Origin: Lama guanicoe
Lineage: Eukaryota
Assembly (NCBI GenBank): GCA_013239625.1
Contig: MU053561.1
Coordinates: 2,372,283 to 2,436,282, forward strand
Length of the DNA: 64,000 nt
Direction of reading: 5' to 3'
Below are positions 1 to 12,324 of the stretch, piece after piece (the first letter of the stretch is position 1; every line of letters starts with the position of its first letter). The notes under the pieces are model-generated. The model saw only the letters and a program-made list of their open reading frames with translations, was not told the DNA's origin and ran no database searches. Position numbers and translations under genes: made by a program.

Positions 1-269
1 GACACGAGGATAATTGGGCGCAGAGACAGCCATTCAGACTGCGAGAAATAAAGGTTAGGGAGCCAAGCAGAGAGGAATGTTGTCTGTTCCTGTTTCAAGC
101 AGAACTTCCTTCATGATAAAAAGAGTCTCTGAACCACTTCATAGAGTGTTTCCTTCACTCTGTACTTTGGTATCCAGCTTAATTTCATTTTTCCCTCCCT
201 TCTCCAAATTCCACCATCTTCCTAGATGCTAGTTGTTATAGACAACCCATCTCAGAGCTGAGGATGACA

Positions 270-745
270 TTGATTCTCCTCTCACCAAAGTCACTTGAAA
301 CCTAGCAAGTACACTAATGGAAACTTCTCAGCCCCTAATTAGCCTTTTCTGTCTCTTGCCTTTGACCCTGTTGGCCGTTCCCTCCTCCAAAAGCCTCTTC
401 CTCCCCTACCAATGCTCTCTATTAGGTCTTCTACCTCTCTGGATGACTTCCTCTCCTTCATGAGCTTTCTTTCTCTAAGTCTTTTTCATCCTCCAAAGTT
501 CTCGCATCACATTGCTTTGTGCTTGGCCATAGATGCTCTCATCCACTCCCATGGTTTTAATCACTATCTTTTATGCCTCCCAAATAGCCCTCTCCAGCCC
601 AGCTCTCTCCCTTGAGCCCTGGACCTATATATATATACAACTATTTGTAGAGCATTCTGACCTGTATATCCTCCCCAAACTTCCATTTCAATATATTCAA
701 ACTGAACTCCCTATCTACCACCTCAAGCTAGCTCCAATCTTGTAT
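270..745 (+). mobile_element. L2 LINE ORF2 fragment (ancient)
   Basis: ctcatccactcccatggttttaatcactatctttatgcc...aactgaactcc resembles the L2 RT region (YADDSQ-coding segment). Confidence 0.75.
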
Positions 746-819
746 GATTATTTGCTGATTTAAGTATAATTGTTAGCATCACTGTGAGCTCTTGAGTTTA
801 TTATTCTTATCACTGTTTT

Positions 820-1310
820 TAAAAATTAATTTTTTACTGAAGCCTAAGAAACCTGCAGAGAAATTTCCAATCCCTAAGTGCACAGCTTGATGAATTATCA
901 ACAAGTGAACACACTCATGTATTCATCTGGGTCTGCAAGTGAATCATTCATCAGAATCCCGAGGGCCCACCTTGCACACTTTCCCAATCGCTAACTCCTT
1001 CTTAAAGATAACCAGGGTATTGAAACCTAGCATCATAAATTAGTTTCATCTGTTTTTAACTTTATACAATTAGAATATGTATTCTTTTGTGTCCAGCTTC
1101 TCTTGCTTAACACCGTGTTTGCAAGATTCATCCAAGTGATCACTGCAGTGTAGTTCTTCATTCGCATTCCTGTAGAGTTCTCCATTATGTAAAACACCGG
1201 AAGTCATTTGTCCATTCTGCAACTGATGGACCTTTGGGCTGTTAACCACTTTAAAAATCTCACAAATAATGCTATTTTGAACATTCCAGTGCATACATTT
1301 TGGCATATAA
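820..1310 (-). mobile_element. old L1M (L1MC/ME-type) 3' fragment
   Basis: aagtgcacagcttgatgaattatcaacaagtgaacac...ccattctgcaactgatggacctttggg is typical antisense L1M 3' end. Confidence 0.8.
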
Positions 1311-1394
1311 ACCTATTCAAGCTTTTGCCCTTGGGTCTGTCATTTCTAATGCTTTAATTAGTAACATCAAAACCAAATCACACAAGTACATTAG

Positions 1395-1517
1395 GAAAGC
1401 CTAAATTCAAAAAGCTGTTGATACATTGTAGTAATTAGTAAAAACTAATGAAGTTAAATTTAATGGGGATAAATGTAAAATTCTACAGTTAGCTTAAATA
1501 AATGTATCATTGCACAG
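1395..1517 (+). mobile_element. L3/CR1 LINE RT fragment
   Basis: aactaatgaagttaaatttaatggggataaatgtaaaattctacagttag resembles CR1/L3 atgaaattcaacagggataaatgtaaagtcctgcacttagg. Confidence 0.7.
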
Positions 1518-1539
1518 AATATCAGTTAAAACCAAAAAA

Positions 1540-1850
1540 CAGATACCCAATGATATGAAAATGGTTAAGTAAATTATAGTTTATCTTCTCAGTGGAATAC
1601 TAAATATTCCCAAATGAGAATTTAAAGATTATTTGAGCACCAGAAAAATATTTCCGATACATTGTGTAACAAAATGTGCATATATGTTATGATTAATTTA
1701 GAATAATTATACATACAGATGGCAAAACCTTTTAAAAAGAAAGAAAATGCTAGAATGATGAAATTAGATTCAATTTACTTTCAAAATTAGCTTTAATATT
1801 TTTATGATGTTATTTCAGTGAAAATTAAAAATACAAATTTTCAAAATTTT
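1540..1850 (+). mobile_element. L1ME-like 3' fragment
   Basis: aatggttaagtaaattatagtttatc...gtggaatacta motif, AT-rich. Confidence 0.55.
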
Positions 1851-1854
1851 TGGG

Positions 1855-2510
1855 CAGGTACAGATACAGGTAAGGAAGCAGAGATGTGAAAATGAGATAC
1901 TTCACGCTTTTAACCCACTTGGGGATAAAATGCATTAATCTTGTAGGTTGTTATGAAGACGAAAAGTTGTGCAAGCCCAGTAACTGTTGGAGACGGCCGT
2001 GCTGCCGGCGCCGGGAGGGTGTGAGGGCAGCAGGACTATGATACAGGAAGAGTCCACGGACGCAACATCATGGGGAAGACGTGGGAGCACATGCGTGATC
2101 GGACCTTTTCCCTTCCGAGTGAAAGCCAAACCAACCAACCAACAAACCTCCTCCCCCCTCCCACCACGTCTTTCCACCCCGCCTCCCCCCGTAGCATGAA
2201 AGTTGTGGGGAAGACAGGGAGGATACAAAACAGCAGCATCAGAGGGGTGTGGAGGGTGATGGTGCAGGGCAGGAACGATTGCGGTTCCTGCTGGTCCAGC
2301 TGTTGCCGCTGGGAAGCAGGTCAGTTGCCTAGGGACCAGTAAAGAAGGGGCATGCTAGTGGTAGAGGATGTCCCAGCGGCGGAGGCTCTGATGGCTGGCA
2401 CTCTCCATCTGTCATTTCCACCAGCTGGAAATTTATGGCACTGCACATCCACTCTGAGGCGGGGATTCTGGGAGACGGTTAGCCTTGATGATCTGTAAGC
2501 TATGGATTTA
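1855..2510 (+). mobile_element. probable continuation of L3/CR1 to its 3' end
   Basis: weak similarity; ggttagccttgatgatctgtaag near 2480-2500 resembles the L3 tail ggttggactagatgatctctaagg. Confidence 0.35.
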
Positions 2511-2789
2511 ATGTTTGCTATATATTTTCTCTGTAACTAAACCTCTTTCTACACGTTATACCGGTAGAATGTGTAATGTGGTTGAGCAAGACACCGTTTG
2601 CCCCATTTCATGGTGAGTCACATCAGTGCTTGCTCTAGAATGGTGATCATCCTTCAGCTGCTGACCTTCAGCCCTCTCTTAGAGAGAGATGACTTTGAAC
2701 TTGAACAACGCTACTCTTTATCCTGCTGTATTCGTTTCTATCTCCGTCCAGTACATTTGCAGTATATTTACTCATGTGTATGCATGTAA

Positions 2790-3995
2790 TATAACAAACA
2801 CAAAGAAAAGTTTTAAAAATAAAGATATGACTGAACAATTTATAAAACAACCACCCCCTGAAACCTGCCTGTGTGATATAGAACAGTGTTAACACCCCAG
2901 AAACCTTCCTGATTATAACCCCTGCTTCCCCCAGAGGTAAATACTCTCTTGATTTTTACACTGTTTAATTCCTTACTTTTCTTTATAGTTTAAGTCCTAA
3001 AAATTATTTACTTCGGCCTTGATAAATTTTTAATATAAATTATATCATGCAGTATGTGCTCTGTACTGTTTGGCTCTTTGCATACAATAGTGTGTCTTTA
3101 AGGTTTATCTTCTGTGTCTTATAGCTGTGCTTCCCCCCAGTTTCTCACCGTATAGCAATTCATCGTCTGAATAGACCAGAATTTGTTATTTACTCCACTC
3201 TCGATAGACATTTAGCGTGTTTCAGTTTGGAAGCTATTATCCAATACTGCTTTGAACACTCTGAAATACGTATACCGTCCACATAAGCATACGTTTTGCA
3301 GGGACATATACCTTGGAAGGGAATTGCTGGGTCGTAAATTATGCATGTCATCTATTTTACTAGATGATGTCAATCTGCTTTATACAGCAACGTGCCAATT
3401 TACTGTTCCCCCAGGAGGGTATCAGAGTTCTTGATGTTCAACATCCTCACAACACTTGGCGTTGGCTCTCTGCCGAGTGTGTATCTGTGTGGTTTCAGTG
3501 TACCTTTCGCTGCTAACTGATGAGGCTGAACACATTTTCCTGAGTGTTGTCTATTTGGGATTCTCTTTTGTGGGATGCCTGTCCAAATCTTCTGCCAGTT
3601 TGTGTGTGTGTGTGTGTTGTTTGTTTTTGTTTTCTTTTTGATTTACTGGTTTTTCAGAATTCTTGATAAATTCTAGAAATGAACCCCTTGTTGGTTAGAC
3701 TCATTGCAAAATGTTGTCCCCACTTTGAGGCTTGCCTTTTCCCTCTTTCAGTGGGACACTTTAATGAACAGATGTTCTTAGTTTTAACGTCACCTTTTCC
3801 GAACTTTTTTTTAATGGCAAGTGCTTTGGTATCTTGTTTAAGAACTTTTTTCCTAATACAGAATTAGTAAAAATATTCTCCTATATTATCTAGTAGAAGC
3901 TTGATTGTCTTGCTTTTTCCATTTGATTTATGATCTAGCTGGAAATGATTTCTTTATATAGTGTAATGTTAAGTGTTTATTAATTGATTTTTAAA
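2790..3995 (-). mobile_element. L1ME-type LINE fragment
   Basis: antisense L1 ORF2-end motifs: ggaattgctgggtcgta, ctaactgatgaggctgaacac, ctggaaatgatttctttatatagtgt. Confidence 0.8.
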
Positions 3996-4454
3996 TGATT
4001 CATCTCTCTTTTTTTGATGATGTTGAGCTTCTGCACACTTGGACCTACATACCCTAAATTTGAGGTTAATCAAGGTGGTAAGTCTACCAAACACCTAAAC
4101 AGAGCAGAGATCTGCCAGGTCTTTAAAACACCCAAAACAATATATATTTACAATTTATACACACAGTACACACTCACATACAAGAAACAAGAGTGACAAT
4201 TATCTATCAAAGATAGGAAGATGTATCCCTTTACAAGGAAATAGAAAGAAAGGATGATGAAGGTGACAATGTTTTGAGAGAAGGCAGAAGACGGGAAATC
4301 TGAAGGGCTGGTTGTTGACAGAGGAGTCAGGGGTCTAACAGTTGGTAGATGTGGTGGACATCTATTGTTTTTCCTGTTCAGAAAGAATGCTTTTTCCAAA
4401 AGCCTTACTAGAATGTTTGCTTCATGAGACCAGTCCTTGAAGTTCTTATTCTCC

Positions 4455-4520
4455 ACATGTGGTACAGTACCTACCACGGCAGAAGTACTCAATAAATATA
4501 TGTTGAATGACTGAATGAAA
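4455..4520 (+). mobile_element. L2 3' tail
   Basis: gtactcaataaatatatgttgaatgactgaatgaa. Confidence 0.7.
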
Positions 4521-4589
4521 TACTCCTTCCAATATCACAGTGCAGACGGGAGCTATCATCTTTTCATAGACCACCTACACAGCCTTCAT

Positions 4590-4835
4590 GATAACTTCTG
4601 CTGCATGCTTACTGTGTGCTAGGAAAGATGTTAAATGATTGACATTTATCACCTTATTTACTCCTTGAAATCACCTTATAAAGTAGAAATCATCATTACC
4701 CACAATTTATAGATGAAGAAAATAAAGACAGAGAACAGCTGAATAACTTGCTTAAGGTAAAGCTGGCAAGTGCCAGAGCTGGAATTTGAAACCAAATCAT
4801 CAGACCACAGGGTTTACGCTTTTAATCTCTCCATT
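4590..4835 (-). mobile_element. MIR SINE
   Basis: antisense MIR core ttatagatgaagaaa...aataacttgcttaagg...gagctggaatttgaaacc. Confidence 0.8.
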
Positions 4836-4889
4836 AATTTGCCACAGTGATTGATCTAAGCACGGCCTCCTCACCCTGCCAGCTAGACC

Positions 4890-5105
4890 AGTAATGATTA
4901 TAGCTAATGATTATTGATTGCTTACCTTGCGGCAAGGACTACATAAAATTCTTTACTGCATGTTTTATCTCCTTTAACCATCACATGAAACCTAAATGTA
5001 GATACCATTATTATCCCCATTTTACAGATAAGGAAACTGAGGTAAAAGAGCTTAAAAAACTTGCCCAAGGTCATGCAGTTAAGGGAGTCAGTATTTAGAC
5101 CTCTT
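4890..5105 (-). mobile_element. MIR SINE
   Basis: ccccattttacagataaggaaactgagg...acttgcccaaggtca. Confidence 0.9.
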
Positions 5106-5199
5106 ACCAGCCATGTTATCTGCCTCTCCTAAGACCCTATATCCTTTATTTCAGAAAGGAACACCTCAGCATGAGAAGCCCATTAGAGCCCTTCTCTGT

Positions 5200-5492
5200 T
5201 TTGAAGGACTTTTGAACTTGAGACTGTTGCTTTCTGGTAAGGGAACATGTGAAGTTCTAAGCCAATGGTCAGCCATGGGGTGGCTGATACCATCGGCAGA
5301 GGAAGAGACGGAAATTGACCAACAGAAGGGAGAAAGCGTGAGAATCCTGACGGCTCTTTCATTCACATCCATCTCTTCCTTTTGGAATGAGAGCTTTCCA
5401 AAAAATTATTCCCTTCACTCCTTCTTAGTCTCCAAAGCTAGTTCAATCTGGTTCTTGTCACTAGCAACCAGGATAGTCTTGGCTAACTAACA
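5200..5492 (+). mobile_element. MLT1 (MaLR) LTR 3' part
   Basis: ends gttcaatctggttcttgtcactagcaaccaggatagtcttggctaactaaca, like MLT1J/K/L termini. Confidence 0.65.
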
Positions 5493-6109
5493 CGGAAGGC
5501 TGCGGTGTTCTCCCAAATGTATTAACGTTTATGAAAAGGCATCAAAGCACTTTAGAGTTTAAGACACACTTTATTTCCTGACTTTCCATTTGATGTATGA
5601 ATGAGGATGATGACTTTTATAAAAGTGCCCTCTGTGGGTTTATAAATGAATATTAAGTCTGGTCTTGTTTTGTCAAATGTGGCAACATCATGGGCACATC
5701 CTTCCAGGGGAGGGGATGGCCTGATTCACACTCTTTTAAACTAAGCACTTTTCTACCTGCTGATCTAATATTTCAAAATGTGTACTCTTTGCAATGGACA
5801 GCTCCTCTGGGGAAAATGGTCATGAGTCCTGGACTCGCACAAAGAGATATTATGGTTATATTTCTTCTCTGGGTTTTGAGAGTATACTTTCTTTATGGCT
5901 CTCTGAGTCTCAGGCCTTACTTCCAAAATGAAAGGATTAGACTGCAAAGGGATCTTTAGGACTCTGAACTTGGTGATTGAAACTGAGTCAAATGTTAACT
6001 CAAGAGGTATGTGTGGTCGTTTTCTCCACTGGTCCTGGTGTTGGCGTGGGTGGGATAACACCGGCCTTTTCACAGTGCGGAGGGAGCTCTCTCTTTCTTA
6101 GTTCACCTC

Positions 6110-6400
6110 TGCAGTGTCTCGTGTCACTTTTCCACACCCAACGTTGCAATGTCAGAGTCATCTGCAGGATGGGACATGGGCACTTGGAATGCTCCTCCAC
6201 AAAGGATTCATTATTCCAAATCTGTATGTGCTATCTCCCTCAGGGATTCATAGCTACTAATTCAAAGGCCCTGAGAAATTTTTTTAGTACAAAAACCTGC
6301 GTAACTTTCTTTACCCTAAGATTTCCCAAACTTACTTGGTCACAGATCATTTCTCTTTTTGAAAAAAATGCACATTGAACTTCACATTTGGGAACTGCTG
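6110..6400. mobile_element. hAT-Charlie-type DNA transposon remnant
   Basis: terminal cacatttgggaactgctg and internal tttcccaaacttacttgg. Confidence 0.45.
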
Positions 6401-8624
6401 ATTTAACAGCTTCCCTCTAGGTCTGTTCAGTAGAGTAGATGTCACCGCTGCCTTAGTGTGACCGTATTTGAACTGCAATCATATTATCTTTAATTACCCC
6501 ACTTCCTGGGTGTAGCTTTTTGTGAGTTGAAAGTCCAAAGTTTATTTGGAGATTATGACTTGGTTTTATTACTAGTTACCAACAGATTAGTCCTTTCCCT
6601 GAACTCTAGCTGGAAAGAGTCCCTCCACTTGACCAGAAGAGGGAAGCAGAGGACCTGAGATGGTATCTGGGATGGTACCTGAGGACTTGGGAACAAACCT
6701 AATATAAGGCAGCCACAGTCCAGGAGCTTGTCTTGAGAGGATCATCTCCCAAGCAGAGTGATCCATCCACATTTCAACCACATCGTCTGTAGAATGTGGG
6801 GTCCCATGTTGGAGGCTGTCACCTCGAACCATCATACGTTTCTCGGAGTTTCTACAGGAAACAGGTTTCCTTAAATCTGGGGAGTACCAGGAGGTCCATT
6901 AGGAAGAGATTGTTGGAGGCAGCAGAAAGCAGTGAGGCACAGCCAGCAAAGGTGCAGACCTAGAGGTCACAGCAATGATTCTCAAGAGCGAGGGCCTCCA
7001 CGTGCTGATCCCCCTGAGCAGCCACTGCCCAGCTGGGCTCAGATCAGAGAAGTCACCTGCCCAAGCATCAGACACAAGCGATCTGAGAATGGCAGATCTA
7101 TCATCACCCATGCTGCTTGCTTTGGATGACCTGGTATTCATTTAGGTTAGCAATAGGCTTGGACCCAAGGTTCTGAGAACCAGAACTATGTCCTTGCCCA
7201 TGGGGTCTCCAAGGGGGATATCATGCTCAGAGCACAGGGCCAGGCAAATAAATGCATTATGGTATTTTGACTTCAAACACTGCTCTAGGCCATTGAGAAG
7301 CTGGGACTTACCACCAAAGGATTCTTTTTACCTAATTTAAAGGCAAAGGTCAATATTAAAAGCAGACCAAGTGACTTCTTTGGCATCTTCCCCCTGTTTA
7401 ATCTTCTTTCATGGACTTCTATATTTTAGCTTTCTGATGGCAAGAAAAGATGAATCCAAGGAAAAGCATGTCAAAGAAAGGAGAGAGAAACAAGTTTCTC
7501 CTAAAGATCTGGAACAGAGATAGTGTAAGCCACTGACTACAACCCTTCTTAGCACACTGGGAGTACAAAAGAGAAATTCTCAAGACATGTACACTCACGA
7601 GAATGATGTGGCCAAGAAAATACCTTTGAACTTGACTCATCCTCATTATACTTTTTATCACTCGCTTCCTTGGACGTGTGGGTGGGAATTAATGGGGTGG
7701 GGAGTGAGGTAAGGGGAATAGAGTGGGGAACGTAGAAGAGGCCATTTTCTCCCCCACTCTTTCTCCTCCCATTTCTGCCTCCTCCTCCTCTTCCGTCTAC
7801 CTTATTCCCACCTGTCAGAGCCCCTAATTTTCAACTTGATGGTGACTATGTTGACATGTCAGAACCATGCTGTGTTCTCTTGCACTTCCTGCTTCCTCTC
7901 TCTTGGTGGTTCTGTAAGAATGAGAGAAGGGTTTTGGCGTCACTTGATGGTGGTATTTCTCATTTCCCCTGAACCAGGGAACCAGGAACAGCTGAGTCCT
8001 ACCCTTTCAGTGTATGTTCTAACCAAAAGTTTCCCAAGGGAGTTCTCTGCAAGGCCAGGAACAGCAGCAAATGAGAGTCTATAGCTGAACCAGTGTAGGT
8101 TTTCTGGCAAAAGAGGAGCTTGAGCACATGCCTTAAGCCTCAGTGTCTATGTGGAATCTTTTACTTTTCCTCAAATTGAAAGCTTAGGCACACTGGTAGA
8201 TAGAGATCTCTAGGCCCTCAGAGGAGTACTAAATTCACCTACCTTCCTAGCACCATGTTAAAGAAGAAATAAGAGATCTCATGGCTGTGTATAACAGAAA
8301 TAGAAATAGAAAGTACAAAAGGACAGGGCATGGGTACTGATATTTCAGTATAGTGTCCCTCCCTACTAACAACTGGGTTTTAATCAAAACCTTGGATGGA
8401 AAATCGGTTTACAGAAATTCTTCCCGTGAGTTGGGGGAACTGGGGAGAGCTACAGGGGTGTGAACAGAGGCAGAATCTCCCTCATCCATAGACAGGAAAT
8501 TTCCTGCACAGCTTTTAACATCTGAAAAGAAGTCATTACAGATTTTTGACTCTTAGGGAGAAGACCAACATTTACTGAACACCTATTATGACCTTCATTG
8601 TGCTAGGCAAGTTTCCTCAGGGTA

Positions 8625-8860
8625 TCTAATGGGTTTATTTAGTTGTAAGTAACAAAAATAATTCTGATCTATTTTTTTGAAGCAGAAGAGGAATTTATTT
8701 TAAAATTTTTAATGTAATTTTTTTTGTCCATAAAGTATTTACTACTAGAGATATTCAGTCAAATTACTATTGTCTTAAAGTCACATCAGGTGATTCATAG
8801 AACCGCTAGTCAGAATGGGCAATCAGGCTCAGATAGTCTGTAGTCGCAATCAATTTCAAA
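8625..8860 (-). mobile_element. MLT1 LTR fragment
   Basis: tttagttgtaagtaacaaaaa...gcagaagaggaatttatt. Confidence 0.5.
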
Positions 8861-8929
8861 ATCAAATTATCCCATCTTACACGAGAGGAAGACGACTCAA
8901 CTTAGTTCCTGAGACCTTTGAAGTAACTT

Positions 8930-9355
8930 TAATAACTTTCTTGCTACCTGGGATGATAAGATATTCTGTGCTCAGTGTATTCATTTCCCTTCTCAGGCCT
9001 GGAATCAGACATTCTCTAAGGAGCTCTGGGTCATTTGAACAGGAATGGGATTTCGAGACTATAATCTGGGCTCTAGTGGTCTCATTGTTAGTGGATTGGT
9101 CTTTGTTTCTAGGTCTTTTCAATGGATAGATGTAGTATACATATTTATGTAATATATTGTATAATGTATTCTATAACATGTATTATATATATATTAAAAT
9201 TAACATCAATTATAAATAATTATTCATATAAAATACATCATGAGCTCATACCAATAGTTTCATTCAAATTCAGGACTACAGAGTTTTTATTTAGCTTTTT
9301 CATCTTAGATCCATATTTCCTTTCTCCCATATCAGAAATTTCAGTTCTCAAGGAT
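8930..9355 (-). mobile_element. L1MC4/5-type 3' UTR fragment
   Basis: ggcctggaatcagacattctctaaggagctctgg...tttctaggtcttttcaatggataga. Confidence 0.75.
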
Positions 9356-9359
9356 ACCT

Positions 9360-9532
9360 AGTATGGACTGAATTGTGTCCCTACCAAATCTATATCTTGA
9401 AGCCTTAACCCCAATGAAATTGTATTTTGACCTTTAGGGAGGTGATTAAGGTTGAATGAGACTGTTAAGAGTGGCACTTGTAAGAAGACTAGGAGATACA
9501 AGACAGCTCTCTCTCTGCCTGTGCACAGAGGA
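9360..9532 (+). mobile_element. MLT1A-like LTR 5' part
   Basis: tatggactgaattgtgtccc...gaagccttaaccccaatg...gggaggtgattaaggtt. Confidence 0.8.
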
Positions 9533-9539
9533 ACTACAA

Positions 9540-9960
9540 CTAATTACTATTTCTCAGTCTACCTTTCTTGACTCTCAACTTCTTTTTCATACTTTCTATT
9601 CCTTATCACTTTGTGTTATATTCTGGTTAATTTCCTTAGATTTACCTTCCAGTCCACTAATTGCTTCTTCAATTGTGTTTAAATCTGCTATTTAATTTTT
9701 CCTTTAAATTTTAATTCCAATTACTAGATTTTTCTTTTATAGAAGTTCTTTTAAAAATCTATCTCCTTTAATATCTTAATCATTTAAAATATTTATGTTT
9801 TAGTCTCTTCAGGTTATATTATTGTCTAAAATTTGTGAGGCTGCTTATCCTACTATTATTGAGTCTACTGACTTTCCTAAATAGCAGATGGATTGGTCAC
9901 ATTTTTTTTTATTGTAAGCTGATGTTTAGTGGGGAACAGTTTTCCCTTTGGGCTCTGTTT
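9540..9960 (-). mobile_element. old L1M fragment
   Basis: T-rich; ccttccagtccactaattgcttcttc resembles antisense L1M ORF1 region. Confidence 0.5.
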
Positions 9961-9971
9961 TTGCTCTGGAT

Positions 9972-11358
9972 CAGGGGTTGGCAATCTTTTTCTATACAGA
10001 GCTAGAGACTAAATATTTTTGTCTTTGTAGGCCACATTCAGTCATACAGGCTTTATCTCTCTCCCCCTCCTCTCCTTCATCTTCCCTTTCATAATGTAAA
10101 ACCATTCTTTTTTTTTAACATTTTTTATTGATTTATAATCATTTTACAATGTTGTGTCAAATTCCACTGTAGAGCACAATTTTTCAGTTATACATGAACA
10201 TATATATATTCATTGTCACATTTTTTTCTCTTTGAGCTACCATAAGATCTTGTATATATTTCCCTGTGCTATACAGTATAATCTTGTTTATCTATTCTAC
10301 AATTTTAAAATCCCAGTCTATCCCTTCCCACCCCCCCCGCTCCCTTGGCAACCACAAGTTTGTATTTTATGTCTATGAGTCTATTTCTGTTTTGTATTTA
10401 TGCTTTGTTTGTTTGTTTGTTTTTCTGTTTGTTTTTTAGATTCCACATATGAGTGATCTCATATGGCATTTTTCTTTGTCTTTCTGGCTTACTTCACTTA
10501 GAATGACATTCTCCAGGAGAATCCATGTTGCTGCAAATGGTGTCATGTTGTCGGTTTTTATGGGTGAATAGTATTCCATTGTATAAATATACCACCTCTT
10601 CTTTATCCAGTCACCTGTTGATGGACATTTAGGCTGTTTCCATGTCTTGGCTATTGTAAATAGTGCTGCTATGAACATTGGGGTGCAGGTGTCATTTTGA
10701 AGTAGGGTTCCTTCTGGATATATGCCCAGGAGCGGAATTCCTGGGTCATACAGTAAGTTTATTCCTAGTCTTTTGAGGAATCTCCATACTGTTTTCCACA
10801 GTGGCTGCACCAAACTGTATTTCCACCAGCAGTGTAGGAGGGTTCCCTTTTCTCCACAGCCTCTCTAGCATTTGTCATTTGTGGATTTTTGAATGATGGC
10901 CATTCTGACTGGTGTGAGGTGATACCTCTTCATAGTTTTGATTTGCATTTCTCTGATAATTAGTGATATTGAGCATTTTTTCATGTGCCTATTGATCATT
11001 TGTATGTCTTCCTTAGAGAATTGCTTGTTTAGGTCTTCTGCCCATTTTTGGATTGGGTTGTTTGTTTTTTTCTTATTAAGTCATATGAGCTGCTTATATA
11101 TTCTGGAGATCAAGCCTTTGTCAGTTTCGTTTGCAAAAATTTTCTCCCATTCCGTAAGTTGTCTTTCTGTTTTACTTATGGTTTCCTTTGCTGTGCAGAA
11201 GCTTCTAATTGTCATTAGGTCCCATTTGTTTATTCTTGCTTTTATTTCTATTGCTTGACTAGATTGTTCTAGGAGTGTAAAACCATTCTTAACACATAAG
11301 TTATACAACAACAAGTTATGGGCAGGATCTGGTCATGGGCCTTAGTTTCCCAGCTATC
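9972..11358 (+). mobile_element. MER58-type hAT MITE split by a young L1
   Basis: 5' part caggggttggcaatc...taaatatttttgtctttgtaggccaca; 3' part after 11276 ...gatctggtcatgggccttagtttccc. Confidence 0.75.
10110..11275 (-). mobile_element. 5'-truncated young L1 (ORF2 C-terminus + 3' UTR) with 15-bp TSD
   Basis: ORF 10436-10813 encodes L1 ORF2 C-terminus ([11 protein letters not shown]...[22 protein letters not shown]); perfect TSD tgtaaaaccattctt at 10095-10109 and 11276-11290. Confidence 0.97.
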
Positions 11359-12324
11359 ACTCTTGATGTTGGCAGTGTGTGCTTCCACCTGCTGAGGGTC
11401 ACAGGGTTTTGCTAGTCCCAAACAAGTTTTACAATAATTTCTTGACTTGGGGATGCCTCCACCTCCTGGGTATTGTGCGTTTGGGTTCCACACTCATGCA
11501 AAGCACAGGCTTATAGTTTTTTCTTTCTTTGGAGCCTAGCTATTTTTTAATTGTAGTATTGTCCATTTCTCCACACTGAGTGAAGCAAGAGGTCTAAGTT
11601 AGCTTATTCTTCCCAGTTGCCAGAAAAACTCTTAATCAGAAAAAGTGTGGAATTTTATCAGAAGCTTTCATTCATCCATTATAATTTGAAAATAGGTTTT
11701 ATTCACTGGAAAAAGGATATACAGTGTTATATTATATTATATGAATAAGTTTCTCTAATTTCAAGTTATCTTTGCATTTCTAGAATGAAAGTTTCTTGAT
11801 TGTGATGCAAGAGCCACTTAATATACTGTGAATTCAATTTGGTAGGTTTCTGATTGCAGATGCATAAAGAAGTTTGCCCTAAAGTTTGATATGTTTTTCT
11901 CTTTCTTCCTTTCTTCCTCCCTCCCTCCTGCCCTCTTCTTCCCCCCACCCCCACATTTTATATTATGATTGTCTTTATTATTAAAAAATTGGGTCACTTT
12001 CTATATTTATTTTAATATTTATGTTTTAAAAATCTTTGTTAGATGCTTATCTTTTATACTTTTCCTCTAAAATGAATAAACCTTGGATTTTAAAAATAAA
12101 TTCTGGGTTTTTTTGGTTTTGTTTTTGCATTAATTATTTTGGTTATTATCTTTATTTTTCCTTTCTCCTTTAAAAAGAAAATTTTATCCTTATTCTAACT
12201 TCTTGAATTGAATCAATAATTCAATTATTTTCATTCTTCCTTAAATTCTGAGGAAATTTAAAAGTTACCAATTTTTACGTTGGCTACATCCAAATTCCTA
12301 ACTTTGATACACAGTGCGGGTCAT

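Noticed and set aside
4010..4300. Poly-T followed by unique sequence, resembling an antisense retrocopy 3' UTR
   Set aside because: No poly(A) signal at the proper distance, no TSD, and no parent gene recognised.
10436..10813. ORFs with clear protein similarity (also 16517-16996, 42179-42424, 57236-57490)
   Set aside because: 5'-truncated L1 ORF2 remnants, not host genes.
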